A model generated the notes under the pieces. It was given only the letters and a program-made list of their open reading frames with translations, did not search any database and had not been told where the DNA came from. A stretch of DNA of 64,000 nt. It comes from Paraspadella gotoi (taxonomy: Eukaryota; Animalia; Chaetognatha). Numbering within the stretch: the first letter of the stretch is position 1; the number at the start of each line of letters is the position of its first letter. Both the position numbers and the translations under genes were made by a program. The stretch covers positions 3,503,061 through 3,567,060 of the forward strand of contig CM119271.1 in NCBI GenBank assembly GCA_051294375.1. The letters run 5' to 3'. Positions 11,801-25,287 of the stretch are shown one piece after another.

Positions 11801-14800
11801 GTTTAAAAATCGCTAAAAAGGGAAAAACTCATTTAAATTCCTCTTTGTAAGATCGAATTAAAATGTGTAATACAAACTAAAACTTCAATTTTAAAACCTC
11901 AAGGAGAAAACAAAAGTTTATCAGTCCCTTCATGCAAATTACGTTAAAAAAAAAAAAAGAAATGCAAAACTGAACAACGAAGGCAAGAGGAAGGAGAAAA
12001 GAGGAAAATAAGTTTTACCTAAATTTTACTCTATTTGCCAACTACTTTTTGAAAAAGTTACCTCTGCCAAATACACTAGAATTTTACCATTTAAATTATC
12101 GTGATTTCAAGTTTTAATTTTCAAAGGGAAATGTTAAGAAACAAAACCATACAAATTTCTTATATCCGGCAAATTTTATTAAACTTAAATTGACGCTAAA
12201 GCCTTTTTTCCTTAGCCGTCAATAATTCTCTTCTTGGACGGTCAAGTCTTTCTTAGCTGAAACCAATCACCAAAAACAAAGAGAAAATCACATAAATAGA
12301 TTTAGATGCTAATAATGTCATGCTCAAGAAAACTTCGTATTCTCGCATAGACAATAACTTACGTTGTAACATCAAACTAGCTAGTAGCCAAAAGTAACAT
12401 TAACTTTTCAGTATAATGGATATACCTGGGGTGTACTCTTCGAAAAGTTGGCCAATTTCATTGGCATCGCCAGCGCCGTAAGTACCATGACACCATTTTA
12501 GGTCCTGAAATTAAAAATAAAATGATTATTAAAATTTTTGAAAAATGATCTTTCAAGAAAAGGAACTACTGAAGAGACAGTGATTATTGATATATGTTAA
12601 TGACAGAACCGTTCAATATAAGCAGTCCCTGAGCTTCGGATCAGACTGAAACACCGAGTTACAGGCGGGTTAAGGTGCCCCCGTCCTCGTTAAACTGATA
12701 GGCGACCACCTGGCTAGAACCCCGGGACCTTTGGGTTGGGAGGCGAATGAACTTGCCTCCGCAACCAATGGCCGCTGGTATGAACGGTTCGTGGATTTTT
12801 AGTCCACCTATACGACAAGCTTTCAACAAAGACTAAGTCTAGTTGATACCTTTCTCAAGCACCTGGTTCTAGTGTTGGCGACTTTCGCCATGGCGATTAT
12901 CGCCAGGGCTTTGGCGATGTCGCCAGTCCCCCCACTGGCGAACCTCGCCATTGAAAAAGTAGCGAATAGAACGAAAAGCGCAGGCTAACACGGGGATGAG
13001 CATCACCTTCAGCCCTCTTCCCCAACCCTAACCCTTCAACCAAACCTTCCCGTTTCAAACTCTGTGCCTGAAGAGAAAAAGGCCGAGGACGACGGGTCGG
13101 CCAGATCTGATCATCGGACCGATTGACCGATCGACCGGACAGAGACTGACCGGACTCTTTCTCCATCTTTTCTCTCCCTCTCTCTCTTTTTTCTCTTCCC
13201 TCTCTCTCTTTTTCTCTCTCTCTCTCTTCCAAACTTTACTTGGTCACGAGACCAAAAAGACAGATTTAGATTTCACTGGATCATCTAGACCGAACAACTA
13301 CTTTTTCTTACAAAGTTTCTACTACGTTTTTACTGGAAGTTTTCTCTACGATTTATTGGATTTCTCTAACCGAACTTTAATAGATTTCTTTCTCGATTTG
13401 ATCTCGATTTTGCCTAAGATTTCGTCTCGTTACCTTGATTTATTTACATTTATTTACTTTGATTCCCGCATTTTTTCCTTCGACATTTTCGAAGCTTCAG
13501 TTCACAAACGTTTGGAGATTTACTTTTCGTCAGATTACGTTGCCGACCAAGTGGACCATTCTCACTCAAGAGGCGTAAGCCAAGCTTCCTCTACAGTGCC
13601 TCCCCCTTAACCCTAACCGGCCGCCTCCCGTTACATCTCCATGCCTCACCCTAACCCTAACCGCCTTTGATTGCATCAACCACGGGCCCCTCCCCAACCT
13701 AACCCTAAACCAAGCCTTCCGCTTCAACTCTGTTGCCTCTCCCCTAACCCTAACCCAGGCTCAGCCTCCCGTACATCTCCGTGCCTCAACCCTTAACCCT
13801 AACCGCCTTCGCATGCATCAGACCAACGGCCCCTCCCCCAACTTTAACCCCTAAACTTAAAGCCTCCGTTCAACTCCATGCCTCTCCCCTAACCCTAACC
13901 CAGGCCCAGCTCCGTACATCTCCGAGCCTCAAACGCCTAACCCTAACGCCTTCGATCATCAACCCATTGCGGTCCCTCCCGCAACCCTAACCCTTAAACC
14001 AAGCCTCCCGTTTCAACTCCATGCCTCTCCCTAACCCTAAACCAGGCCCGGCTCCCGTACATCTCCGTACCATCAACCCTACCCTAATTGCCTTCGATAT
14101 ATAACCCACGCGGCCTCTCTCCAACCTAACCCTAAACCGGGCCCATGGCCTCCCGTACATCTCGCTTACCTCAACCCTAACCCTATGCCTTCGATATATA
14201 ACCACGGGCCTCATCTCCCAACCCTAACCCTAAACCGGGCCCAGGCCTCCCGTAATCTCCGTACTCAACCCTAACCCAATTGGCCTTCGATATATAACCC
14301 CACGGGCCTCTTCTCCCAGCCCTATACCCTAAACCGGGCAGGCCTCCCGTACATCTCCGTTTGCCTCAACCTAACCCTAATCGCAGGCCCTTTGGTCATC
14401 AAACAACACCCTCCCTACCCCTATCCTAAAATTTTGACCATTTAATAATAAGCTAAAATAAACTTACTTAACTCAAACCCTAACCCTAACCCTAACTTTA
14501 CTCAAACCCTAACCCTAAACTACTCAACCCTAACTTTAACTACTACCTACTCAACCCTTAACCCTAATACCAACTTCAACCCTAACCCTAACCCTAATCT
14601 GATTTAGTTTGGCGAAATCGCCATATAGAACGCTAGATTGTGTTCACAGCTTAAATCGCCAAATGGCGGGGCGTCATGGCTAAGTCGCTATTTGCGATTT
14701 CGCACTGAACTACATTCTAGCGTTCTAGTTAAGGCGATTTCCCTAAACTAAATCAGATTAGGGTTAGGTTAGGTTGAAGTTTGGTTTAGGGTTAGGGTTG

Positions 14801-17800
14801 AAGTTACGGGTAGTTACGTTAAAGTTTAGGGTTGAGTAGTTTAGGGTTAGGGTTTAGGGTTGAGTTAGTTAAGTTATTATTTAGCCTTATTATTAATGTC
14901 AATTTTAGGATAGGGCGTAGGGAGGCGTGTTGTTGAGTGACCAAGAGGCCTGCGTTAGGGTTAGGGTTGAGGCACGGGAGATGTACGGGAGGCCTGGGCC
15001 CGGTTTAGGGTTGGAGTTGGGCGAAGAGGCCCGTGGGTTTATATATCGAAAAGGGCAATTTAGGTTAGGTTGAGGTACGGAGATGTACGGGAGGCCTGGG
15101 CCCGGTTTAGGTTGGGAGAGAGGCCCGTGGGTTATATATCAAGGCAATTAGGGTTAGGGTTGAGGGTACGGAGATGTTACGTGGCAGGCCGGGCCTGGTT
15201 AGGGTTAGGGAGAGGCATGGGATGAACGGGAGGCTTGGTTTAGGGTTTAGTGGTTGCGGGAGGGACCCATGAGTTGATGCAGTCGCAAAGGCGGTAGGGT
15301 TAGGGTTGGAGGCACGGAGATGTACGGTGGAGGCTGGCCTGGGTTTTAGGGTTAGGGGAGAGGCATGGAGTTGAACGGATGCTTAGTTTAGGGTTTAGGG
15401 TTTTGGGGAGAGGGGCCGTGCGTTGATGCATCGAGGCGTTAGGGTTAGGTTGAGGCACGGAGATGTACGGTGAGAGGCTGAGCCTGGGTTGACGGGTTAG
15501 CGGGAAGGCAATGAGTTGAACGGAAGGCTTGCGTTTAGGGTTAGGGTTGGGGGAGGGGCCCGTGGTTGATGCATCAAAGGCGGTTAGCGGTTAGGGTTGA
15601 GGCATGGAGATGTACGGGAGGCGGCCCGGGTTAGGGTTAGGGGAGAGGCACAGAGTTGAACGGGAGTTTGGTTGAGGGTTATCTTGGGTTGGGGAGGAGC
15701 CTGAAGGTGATGCTCATCCCCGTAGTTAGCTGCGCTTTTCTTTATTTATTTCGCTACTTTTATCACTGGCGAGGTTCGCCAGTGGGGGGAACTGGCGACA
15801 TCGCCAAAGGCTCCTGGCGATATCGCCATGGGCGAAGTCGCCAAACCAACTAGAACCACACCTGCAAACTCGTGCGTGAATTCGCCCGGCGACATCGCAT
15901 TTGAATGAACTCACTTAGGCTTTACTATCAATTGAAGTGGTAATAGATTTCTATAAAACCGATTTCAAAATTTTAAATATAATATACATATCCAATATAT
16001 TACCCAGTACTACAATATTAAGCCATAGCCATGAAATTTTAAATGGAAATGTATACCGCATTAAAATAATCTATCATGACATAGGATAATGCGTATTTAT
16101 TTTTTGTAAAAATGCTTTCTTCGGAGGGGCTACTAAGCCTAAATTAAAAATATTATATTACATATAAGAGCCAAAATAATTTTTTTAAATCTTACAAATT
16201 TTTTGAATGGATTCGATAGAGCATTAAAAAGTTAAGCAAGAAATATAATTACAAGCTTTTTAAAAAATTCTTAATCGTTTTCTAAGTGATATAAAAAAAA
16301 CTGATAAAAAATCATCGAAAAGATTGATGATTGATGATAATTTTTTAATGGTTTTTCTCTTATTTTTGACACACCTCTATCGTAAAAATATTTTAATAAA
16401 AGAATTATACTTTGTGTGGCAGACAACTTTTATGAGCTATGAATCTGGTCTAAAATTTAATAAAAAAATTGTTTGGCCTTTCCTATTAGATAAATGATTA
16501 AAAAATTAATTCACTAGTTAGAGCCATATTAATAAATCTTTTTGTCCATTGAAAGTATTCTTAAAAAATGTCTAAATATATCTTCATTTGGCTGTACTCG
16601 CTCAATTTTTGAACTCACCCCATTGAGTGCGGCTTACCCCCTAACAATATACAACTATTATACAGGGTGCGACCATAATACCAAANNNNNNNNNNNNNNN
16701 NNNNNNNNNNAAATTGTAAAAAACATTAATATTGTTAAGGAAAATATTCAAATATTAATGAATGTTGGGTTCTATTCTGGAACGTACCTGATAATTTTTT
16801 TATAAAAACTTATGATGAATAATTTAAAGAAAAATTTAATTTTTAATCAGAATATTAAATAATATTATTAAAAATGTGAAACTAATCATTTATGGGTCCC
16901 AAACGCCTTACAAAAAAATAAAATCAGCAACAAATTTATATGGGATTTGACGATTGAGGCATATTCTTTAAAAATTTTTATTTGAAGAATTATGAAAATA
17001 AACTAAATTAATATACATGTAAATATTATCATATTCAGAAATCACATATGGCTTTCAGCGTATAAGAACGACTACACAATGTGAAAAAATCTTCAACACC
17101 ATGTAGTTGTTTGAAAATCTGTTGTTTATTGCATTTGAAAGTAAAAAATCATAAATAGCTTTAGTACTAATTTTATTATCGTACCTCTTGAGCAAGAACG
17201 GATGGCACAAAATAAAAAGTTATCTCACACTTCATAAAAAAAAAATACGTAGCTATTTTTGCTTCTAAAATCGATGTCGGTTTTTGACAACACACCTAAT
17301 TAACGTTACCCCACTATAAAAAATGAAATAAAAATAGTAACGAGTGCTCAAGAAAAGGTTTTTGGTGAAAAAGTTGGTTCCATTTTTTGTACATCTGGGT
17401 GTACCATCCTGCCACAACCATCAGGTTGTTAAAAAGGTGAGTTCTCCAGTCTCCAGTCAGTCCTGCACCTCCAACATCTACAGTTATTAGTCTCTGGTAG
17501 TCATGGAAGGGCATTTCTACTTTAAAATCGTTTTCCAAACTCTTGAGATTGTTTTTACCAATCAAGATTGCATAGATTTGTTGATTCTATGAACCTATAA
17601 CCGAGTGCTTTTGCTTCACTTTAAAGTGTACTATAAAATCATATTTGTATTCATGCAAAAAATTTAATTTTACTAAGTTACACCTTAAAACGTAAATGGA
17701 TTTTCAACCAAATAAAACAATAAGATAGAATGTATCTAATATACCATGAGGGAAAATAAAATTGTCGCGGCAGTTTAATGTAAAAATTAAAAAATAACAA

Positions 17801-20097
17801 TTAAATAAGGAAACTTATGATCTGTGTCTAATTAATGTACGATAAGAAATACAAGAGTTCCATGCAAAAAAAAAAAAAAATTAGGATAGATTCAGGGATA
17901 ATTTCATTCAGTTTTAAGGAGGTCATAATATATATTAAAACTTATTTACCAACCAAAAAATATATTTGACAATAAAATTCACCGATTTTTCTAAACCGCG
18001 ACAATTTTTTTTCCCCATTATGGTACAGAAGAATGGCAGCCATTTTATTAGTGCCGTCCGTTTGGACTCAAGGTATCTCAAATTGTTTAGAAAGGTCAGG
18101 ACTTTTTATTTGGTCCGGTTAAATATGGTTCAACCTCAGTAATATAATTTAATATATATACAGAAGGCATCATATTATAGAATTAGGTGGACCCCTTTTT
18201 GTGACCAGAATCTGTTCCCATCCAACTACCTGATCGAATTTTATGAAATTTTACATGTAGTCCTAATGACAATATAAATGGAACTATCGAGGCGAATTTT
18301 GATATTCAACTCCTGACAAGAGAGAGGGCCCTGGGGGGCCAAAAAAAGATAAAAATAATTTTTTTATATTTTAATATTTTTTTGTAGCATCAGGTGCATT
18401 GAGGTCTTAAACATGAAAAAAAAAATTTAAAACTAAAATTAATAATTTTTTAATAATTAAGCATTGTTTGAAGATGCATTCATCGTTTTACTTCCAATTT
18501 TTCCAAATTATTCCAAGTCTGACTTGAACCGCTGATGTTCATGAAGTTGAAAATTAAGGTAAACTAATATTTTTGAGGTAATAAATACGTTTTTGTGGAA
18601 AAGTAAACGTCTGTGCAGTACAACTGTTCAAAACAAAAAAATTTGAAAAATTGGAAAAAAATTTGACAATTTTTTGCCGTTTTTTGTACTGGCCACAAAA
18701 AACGGATACCTCATTTTATAATATGAAGCCTTCTGTATGTAATCGTTGCTCACTATCAAAAAAAAAGCAAAAATAAAAATCACCCACCAGAAAATCTCAT
18801 TTCAGTTAATCTACCCTTTTACCAGTTCTAATTATAATCTCTTATTCTGAGCCATATGTTGTATATCAAAGGTGATAAAACCTTTAAAATTTATCGACTT
18901 GAAATAATTTTCAAGCTCGTCCTCCAAATGAAGACAAAAAAATGAAATCCTAACCTTAGTTGAGTCGGCGTTTTCAATGGACGCTCTGAAGGCAGAAAAA
19001 ATGGTGGGTAGCGTGTCGTCGTAGGCGATGTTGACGCACTCGTGGGTTTTGAAGAGCATTTCCTTGAAAAAGTCCAGCCTCTCCTGCTCAAACTCGTTGC
19101 ACTTTTCGAAGACCATCTGCATGTCGTCCATGTACTTAGAGTTGTAGCGGTTGAGCTCGTCGAGTGCTTTGGCGTAAGAGTCCCTGCTGGTCTCCACTTC
19201 CCGTCGACAGAGTTCCGTTCGCTCCTCGCACTTTTTCACCTCGTCGGGCGCCTTGGAGGAGTCAGCCTTGGCGTTGGCCTCCGCGATTGAAGCCGTCTTC
19301 TCGTTCTTGCAGGATTTGTGGTAGCGCTCTTTGGCCTTTTGCAGTTTGGCCAAGAGCTTCACCCAAGGTTTCTGGGCTTTCTTGAAGCCGTCCTCGAACT
19401 CTTTCACTTTCTTGAAGGCCATTTGGAGGGCGGGCTTGTGGTAGTGCTCTTTCTGCCAGACCTTTACCTCCGCGACGACATTGTCGTTGAGGCGGTGACC
19501 GACTTTGTCATGAACTTCGCAGATTTTGTCTGCTTCTTCCAAGGCTGCCTTGGTAGCCGCCTCCGTCGTTCCGTAATCGGGGCCCTTGAAATTTATTAGG
19601 GAGCAGCTTTATATATATAAATAATAAATATATATAAAGATAAAATATAGAGCGTTAATGTCAAGAAAATTTAGCGGCATATTGATTTTGCTCAATTTAG
19701 CTCTAATGACGACCGAGTTTTAATGAGCCAAATGAAAAGTTATTTGTCAATCAGTCTCACGCATAATAATATTAAAAATGTAACTGAAGACACAAACAAA
19801 AATATATTGGTTGTATCAATGTCATCAAACAAATAACGCTTGGTAATAACAAATAATAGTAATAATATTTAAACCAATACCCCCTTACCTTTTCGATATG
19901 TTGCACCCACTTCTGGGACCAGGACTTGAGACTCTGGCGTACTTTTTTTCGATGGCGATCCTCTCTTGCACCATAGTTATGAGGTCCTCGCTGAGCCGGA
20001 ACCCCTCCTCGGCTCGCTTAACCGTCCGCTTGTATTTGCCGATTTCCCAGAAGGAATCCGAGGTGGGCTGGATCGTCTCCTCGCCCGTCACCGACAT
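8874..20097 (-). CDS. PACSIN: PACSIN/syndapin-family F-BAR protein; exons 20097-19889, 19584-18955, 9219-9144 (degenerate copy about 12505-12425), 8971-8874; no SH3 exon visible
   Basis: SDSFWEIGKYKRTVKR, GPDYGTTE, FEDGFKKAQKPW, YMDDMQMVFEKCNEFEQERLDFFK and the PACSIN-typical DLKWWSGTYGAAMPMNWPTFEEY, with phase-compatible GT-AG junctions. The exon 1 copy here has a 1-nt deletion; an intact copy is at 23171-22962. Confidence 0.88.
9340..9483 (-). mobile_element. tRNA-derived SINE (second copy about 12626-12775)
   Basis: Head GCGGCCATTGGTGCCGGAGG...CCGGGGTTCTAGCCCGGTGGTCGC has an acceptor stem, A-box, T-arm and B-box, but the anticodon stem is unpaired and a non-tRNA body follows. Confidence 0.7.
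12864..15858. mobile_element. Non-autonomous foldback (palindromic) element with internal telomere-repeat-containing tandem arrays; 4-bp TSD CACC
   Basis: Termini TGGTTCTAG...CTAGAACCA flanked by CACC (12860-12863 and 15859-15862). Arms are reverse complements up to a short centre near 14670-14685. CCCTAA arrays on the left, TTAGGG arrays on the right. Confidence 0.88.
13069..13595. mobile_element. Solo LTR nested in the left arm of the foldback element; 5-bp TSD GTGCC
   Basis: TGAAGAG...CTCTACA termini with GTGCC on both sides (13064-13068, 13596-13600). The mirror position in the right arm (about 15645-15655) has a single GTGCC and no insert. Confidence 0.85.
16020..16643. mobile_element. 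~620-bp AT-rich dispersed non-autonomous element (other copies 50910-51520, truncated 9663-9800, related reverse copy about 7500-7990)
   Basis: Starts tagccatagccgatgaaatttaaatgc and ends ctcaccccattgag.gcggctaccc; colinear with the FoxJ1 intron copy. Confidence 0.75.
18161..18735. mobile_element. Tc1/mariner-type MITE with TA target duplication
   Basis: ta|cagaaggcatcatattatagaattagg ... cctcattttataatatgaagccttctg|ta: ~27-bp imperfect TIRs flanked by TA. Confidence 0.8.
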
Positions 20098-21477
20098 TTT
20101 GAGCCCTGGATGACGACACAGTGAAGCGAGAGAAGTGAGATTCTTTTCGGAGAAGGTGGGGGGCGTGGTCTTCGATCCCGCAAAATGTCGATGAGTCTTC
20201 GTTTTTCTAGGCGATTCATGCGACGTTCATCGTTAACAACTTCATTTTCAAATGATTCACGAACATTTTCTTTACTATAGAAAAAAGGAAAGAAACTATA
20301 GAAAGGCTACGATGAAACTTAAAAAATGTAAATGAGAAGAAAAACAGTAAGTCTACTCAGAAAAATAAATCTTTTTGGGAGAAAAACGCTGGAAAAAAGG
20401 TTAACGTCCTGGAGCATTTAACGTGTAAAAAAACCATAATTGTTTTAGGCATTAAAAATACTACAAAACCTATCGATCGGACAAATTGATGCGATGACAC
20501 CACTCGTTAAATTAAAAACTAAGAAAATCCAACGAAAAGTCAATTAGACGAGGAAGTTTACGCCCAGAAAGCTATGACGGTTTATCTCGTCAATCTTTCA
20601 TTCAAGCAATGAACGAACAAGAAAAAGATAAAAAAAAAAACTCAGCAACTTGAGCGTAAACAAGATTAAAGAACCACTAATATTATAATCATTCAACATC
20701 TACGTCAACCGGTTTCTGACCGAAGAAGGAAACGAATTAAAAAAAAAAACAGGACTATACTTTATACATGGTTGACAGAGCGAAGATCGGCCCAGCAGAC
20801 GTTTTCAGCCCAGAATTCTCGGGCCTCCGAGCCAAGAGCGCCGCCATGTTCATTTCGAAATAGAAAGGGGAGAAAAAAAACCTGTTTTTCCTTCCGAGTT
20901 CGAGAATGCGAGAGGCAAGACCAGGGACAGAATTTAAAAAAGGACAAGATAATCCAGAATATGTTAACTTGTGATTAGTAAAATTAGGAAGTTAAAACAT
21001 AATTCAACTAGTTTTTCTTCCGGAGTTAACTTTGTCGAAAAATTTTGTGGCATTAATATTTTTTTTGCTTAGAACGAGGTAGCAGAAAAAATAACTTACT
21101 CAAACACTGCCAAAAACTAATAAAGCTCGTATTAAACATTATTAATTAGGTCTTTCTATTGCAGGATATACATAAATCTAAAACATATTTCTTAGAAATC
21201 AAAGATTCAAAAAGATTAAAAATATTCTACAACAGTCATTATTCGGCAGCACCCAAAGTAAATATAAAATTCAAATCTTTCGAACGAATCATCAAAAGAG
21301 AGAGATCATCGTTTGTCGACGTGAGATCCAAATTAGTAAGGTATTCTCAGTGCTCTGAAAAGTTTTCCGGTGATACACCGGAAGAAAATTTATTATCCCT
21401 TCCAGGTAGCATCATCACTTCGTAATTTTTTAAAACATTTAAGGTTTTAATAAATACTTCAGAACGTCTTTTATCAT

Positions 21478-21955
21478 CAGTCATCATCTACCGTAATGGT
21501 CGCTTCTCCTTGCAATACCTTTTAAAATAGGGAATTCTCAGCAGTGTCTTACGTGGACACGCGGAATACCATTGCCAGCTCAGACGAAATTTAACGAGGA
21601 ATCATTGTGCCTAGCGTAACAAATCAAGTTGGTCAACCTAGGAATGTTTGTAAGAGTACGATTACCCGCTTGAGTAGCTCCCATTACGGCAAAATTGTCG
21701 GAGCAAAGCCAGAAGCAACCCACTGGGGAAAAATTGAGGACGTGTCGCAACATAACCCCGCGTCCTGATGGAGGAAAATTCGACCCTGACCGTCGAGGTT
21801 GTGGGTCGAAGCAGGTGGCCAAGTATTTCTCCCAGCAATGAGCAATTTCCGATCAGGGTGCCAAGTTTCGCTGAGAAAATTGTCCCGCCAACATTGAGAG
21901 AAACGACAGAGGATTTCAAATTATCGCTTCTTTGGTTGCGTGACGAAGTAGACAT
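21478..21955 (-). pseudogene. KCTD-type BTB/T1-domain sequence, frameshifted (copy 1)
   Basis: VVSLNVGGTIFSAKLGTL and RHVLNF fall in different frames; more degraded than the 25288-25747 copy. Confidence 0.65.
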
Positions 21956-22565
21956 TAAGGCTTAATTTAAGCTTAGCCTGCATGGAATGGCTAACACAAA
22001 GACTGAAAATCGCAATAGACAATTGATAAAATCTAAAAATTCAATAATAACGCCTCATAATTCCTTTTTAATTGATCACAGATTGACTGTCCTCAGAATT
22101 ACTAATCACAAATTGCTTTAAGCTAAGATAATTTGATATGAATATTTATAGCCTGAACTATAAAACTATATAGCGTTATTAATTCTCACGCTAACTAGTA
22201 CTATATAATGTAAATTTTGCATAAATAAACAGTTAAAATCGAAATATTCTCAATTCGCGTTTAAATACGTTCTGCAATAACTGGATAAAATAATCTTCTG
22301 ACTTCATTTGCCAAACCTCAAAAATAAAATTGATTAAAGCATAGGTATCAAATATTTAACGAAAACTACAGCATTGTAACTTGATAGACAACACAGTTCA
22401 TTAAAAAAAAATAATATAAAAAACCGGTCTGTGGACATACACACCCTTCAAAACCAAACTTATTTCATCCTATAATTAGAGAATTAAAATTTCGTTGCAT
22501 CCTATTTCTGCAGTAGGATTTGAGCCCCGAGTTTTTACCGCTATCAGTGCAAAGGTGCTCGGCGT

Positions 22566-24128
22566 NNNNNNNNNNNNNNNNNNNNNNNNNNNNNNNNNNN
22601 NNNNNNNNNNNNNNNNNNNNNNNNNNNNNNNNNNNNNNNNNNNNNNNNNNNNNNNNNNNNNNNNNTTATTAGGGAGCAGCTTTATATATATAAATAATAA
22701 ATATAAATAAAGATAAAATATAGAGCGTTAATGTAAAGAAAATTTAGCGGCATATTGATTTTGCTCAATTTAGCTCTAATGACGACCGAGTTTTAATGAG
22801 CCAAATGAAAAGTTATTTGTCAATCAGTCTTACGCATAATAATATTAAAAATGTAACTGAAAACACAAACATGTCATCAAACAAATAACGATTGTATAAC
22901 TCTTAAGGTCCAAATATTAACAAATAATAGTAATAATAATTTAGACCAATACCCCCCTTACCTTTTCGATATGTTGCACCCACTTCTGGGACCAGGACTT
23001 GAGACTCTTGGCGTACTTTTTTTCGATGGCGATCCTCTCTTGCACCATAGTTATGAGGTCCTCGCTGAGCCGGAACCCCTCCTCGGCTCGCTTAACCGTC
23101 CGCTTGTATTTGCCGATTTCCCAGAAGGAATCCGAGGTGGGCTGGATCGTCTCCTCGCCCGTCACCGACATTTTGAGCCCTGGATGACGACACAGTGAAG
23201 CAAGAGAAGTGAGATTCTTTTCGGAGAAGGTGGGGGGCGTGGTCTTCGATCCCGCAAAATGTCGATGAGTCTTCGTTTTTCTAGGCGATTCATGCGACGT
23301 TCATCGTTAACAACTTCATTTTCAAATGATTCACGAACATTTTCTTTACTATAGAAAAAAGGAAAGAAACTATAGAAAGGCTACGATGAAAACTTAAAAA
23401 ATGTAAANNNNNNNNNNNNNNNNNNNNNNNNNNNNNNNNNNNNNNNNNNNNNNNNNNNNNNNNNNNNNNNNNNNNNNNNNNNNNNNNNNNNNNNNNNNNN
23501 NNNNNNNNNNNNNNNNNNNNNNNNNNNNNNNNNNNNNNNNNNNNNNNNNNNNNNNNNNNNNNNNNNNNAAACGCTGGAAAAAAGGTTAACGTCCTGGGAG
23601 CATTTAACGTGTAAAAAAACCATAATTGTTTTAGGCATTAAAAATACTACAAAACCTATCGATCGGACAAATTGATGCATGACACCACTCGTTAAATTAA
23701 AAACTAAGAAAATCCAACGAAAAGTCAANNNNNNNNNNNNNNNNNNNNNNNNNNNNNNNNNNNNNNNNNNNNNNNNNNNNNNNNNNNNNNNNNNNNNNNN
23801 NNNNNNNNNNNNNNNNNNNNNNNNNNNNNNNNNNNNNNNNNNNNNNNNNNNNNNNNNNNNNNNNNNNNNNNNNNNNNNNNNNNNNNNNNNNNNNNNNNNN
23901 NNNNNNNNNNNNNNNNNNNNNNNNNNNNNNNNNNNNNNNNNNNNNNNNNNNNNNNNNNNNNNNNNNNNNNNNNNNNNNNNNNNNNNNNNNNNNNNNNNNN
24001 NNNNNNNNNNNNNNNNNNNNNNNNNNNNNNNNNNNNNNNNNNNNNNNNNNNNNNNNNNNNNNNNNNNNNNNNNNNNNNNNNNNNNNNNNNNNNNNNNNNN
24101 NNNNNNNNNNNNNNNNNNNNNNNNNNNN
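22566..24128. other. Assembly gap cluster (N runs 22566-22665, 23408-23568, 23729-24128; others at 2244-2268, 16686-16710, 62337-62361)
   Basis: Runs of n in the sequence. Confidence 1.
22962..23171 (-). CDS. PACSIN: Intact duplicate of PACSIN exon 1
   Basis: MSVTGEETIQPTSDSFWEIGKYKRTVKRAEEG...KSWSQKWVQHIEK|gtaag, 210 nt, phase 0. Confidence 0.85.
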
Positions 24129-25287
24129 AAACGCTGGAAAAAAGGTTAACGTCCTGGGAGCATTTAACATGTAAAAAACCATAATTGTTTTAGGCATTGA
24201 AAATACTACAAAACCTATCGATCGGACAAAAATGATTGGAGCGTGACACCAATCGTTAAATTAAAAACTAAGAAAATCCAACGAAAAGTCAATTCGACGA
24301 GGAAGTTTACGCCCAGAAAGCTATGACGGTTTATCTCGTCAATCTTTCATTCAAGCAATAACGAACAAGAAAAAGATAAAAAAAAAAACTCAGCAACTTG
24401 AGCGTAAACAAGATTAAAGAACCACTAATATTATAATCATTCAACATCTACGTCAACCGGTTTCTGACCGAAGAAGGAAACGAATTAAAAAAAAAAACAG
24501 GACTATACTTTATACATGGTTGACAGAGCGAGATCGGCCCAGCAGACGTTTTCAGCCCAGAATTCTCGGGCCTCCGAGCCAAGAGCGCCGCCATGTTCAT
24601 TTCGAAATAGAAAGGGGAGAAAAAAAAAAACCTGTTTTTCCTTCCGAGTTCGAGAATGCGAGAGGCAAGACCAGGGACAGAATTTAAAAAAGGACAAGAT
24701 AATCCAGAATTGTTAACTTGTGATTAGTAAAATTAGGAAGTTAAAACATAAATTCACAAGTTTTTCTTCCGGAGTTAACTTTGTCGAAAAATTTTGTGGC
24801 ATTAAATTTTTTTTTCTTAGAACGAGGTAGCTAGACTAAAAATAAACGAATTACTCTTACAATTCATACCACAGAAAAATTTGAAAAATAATTACAAACA
24901 CTGAAGTAAAAAGTGTTTTATAAAATAAAAGCCAAACTAATAGCTCGTATTAAACATTATTAATTAGGTCTTTCTATTGCAGGATATACATCAAACTAAA
25001 CTATTCTTAGAAATCAAAGATTCAAAAAGATTAAAAATATTCTACCAGTCATTATTCGCACACCCAAAGTAAATATAAAATTCAAATCTTTCGAACGAAT
25101 CATCAAAAGAGAGAGATCATCGTTTGTCGACGTGAGATCCAAATTAGTAAGGTATTCTCAGGGCTCTGAAAAGTTTTCCGGTGATACACCGGAAGAAAAT
25201 TTATTATCCCTTCCAGGTAGCATCATCACTTCGTAATTTTTTAAAACATTTAAGGTTTTAATAAATACTTCAGAACGTCTTTTATCA

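Noticed and set aside
13600-14400. CRISPR-like repeat-spacer array
   Set aside because: The intervening segments are themselves repeated, the context is eukaryotic, and there are no cas genes.
13600-15660. Telomere-telomere fusion scar or true chromosome end
   Set aside because: Orientation is CCCTAA then TTAGGG (a fusion would be the reverse), repeats are interspersed in ~130-bp units, and the block has TIRs and a TSD inside a gene intron.
12864-15858. Missed-adapter long-read palindrome artefact
   Set aside because: Host sequence resumes forward after the palindrome, a TSD is present and one arm has a private LTR. Many small arm mismatches are probably read errors.
6546-16160. Real tandem duplication of PACSIN 3' exons (mutually exclusive exons)
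   Set aside because: Copy B differs mainly by scattered 1-nt indels typical of unpolished long-read gap filling; most likely the other haplotype. Read depth would decide.
23381-24197. Long ORFs in the track
   Set aside because: Open only because they run through N gaps.
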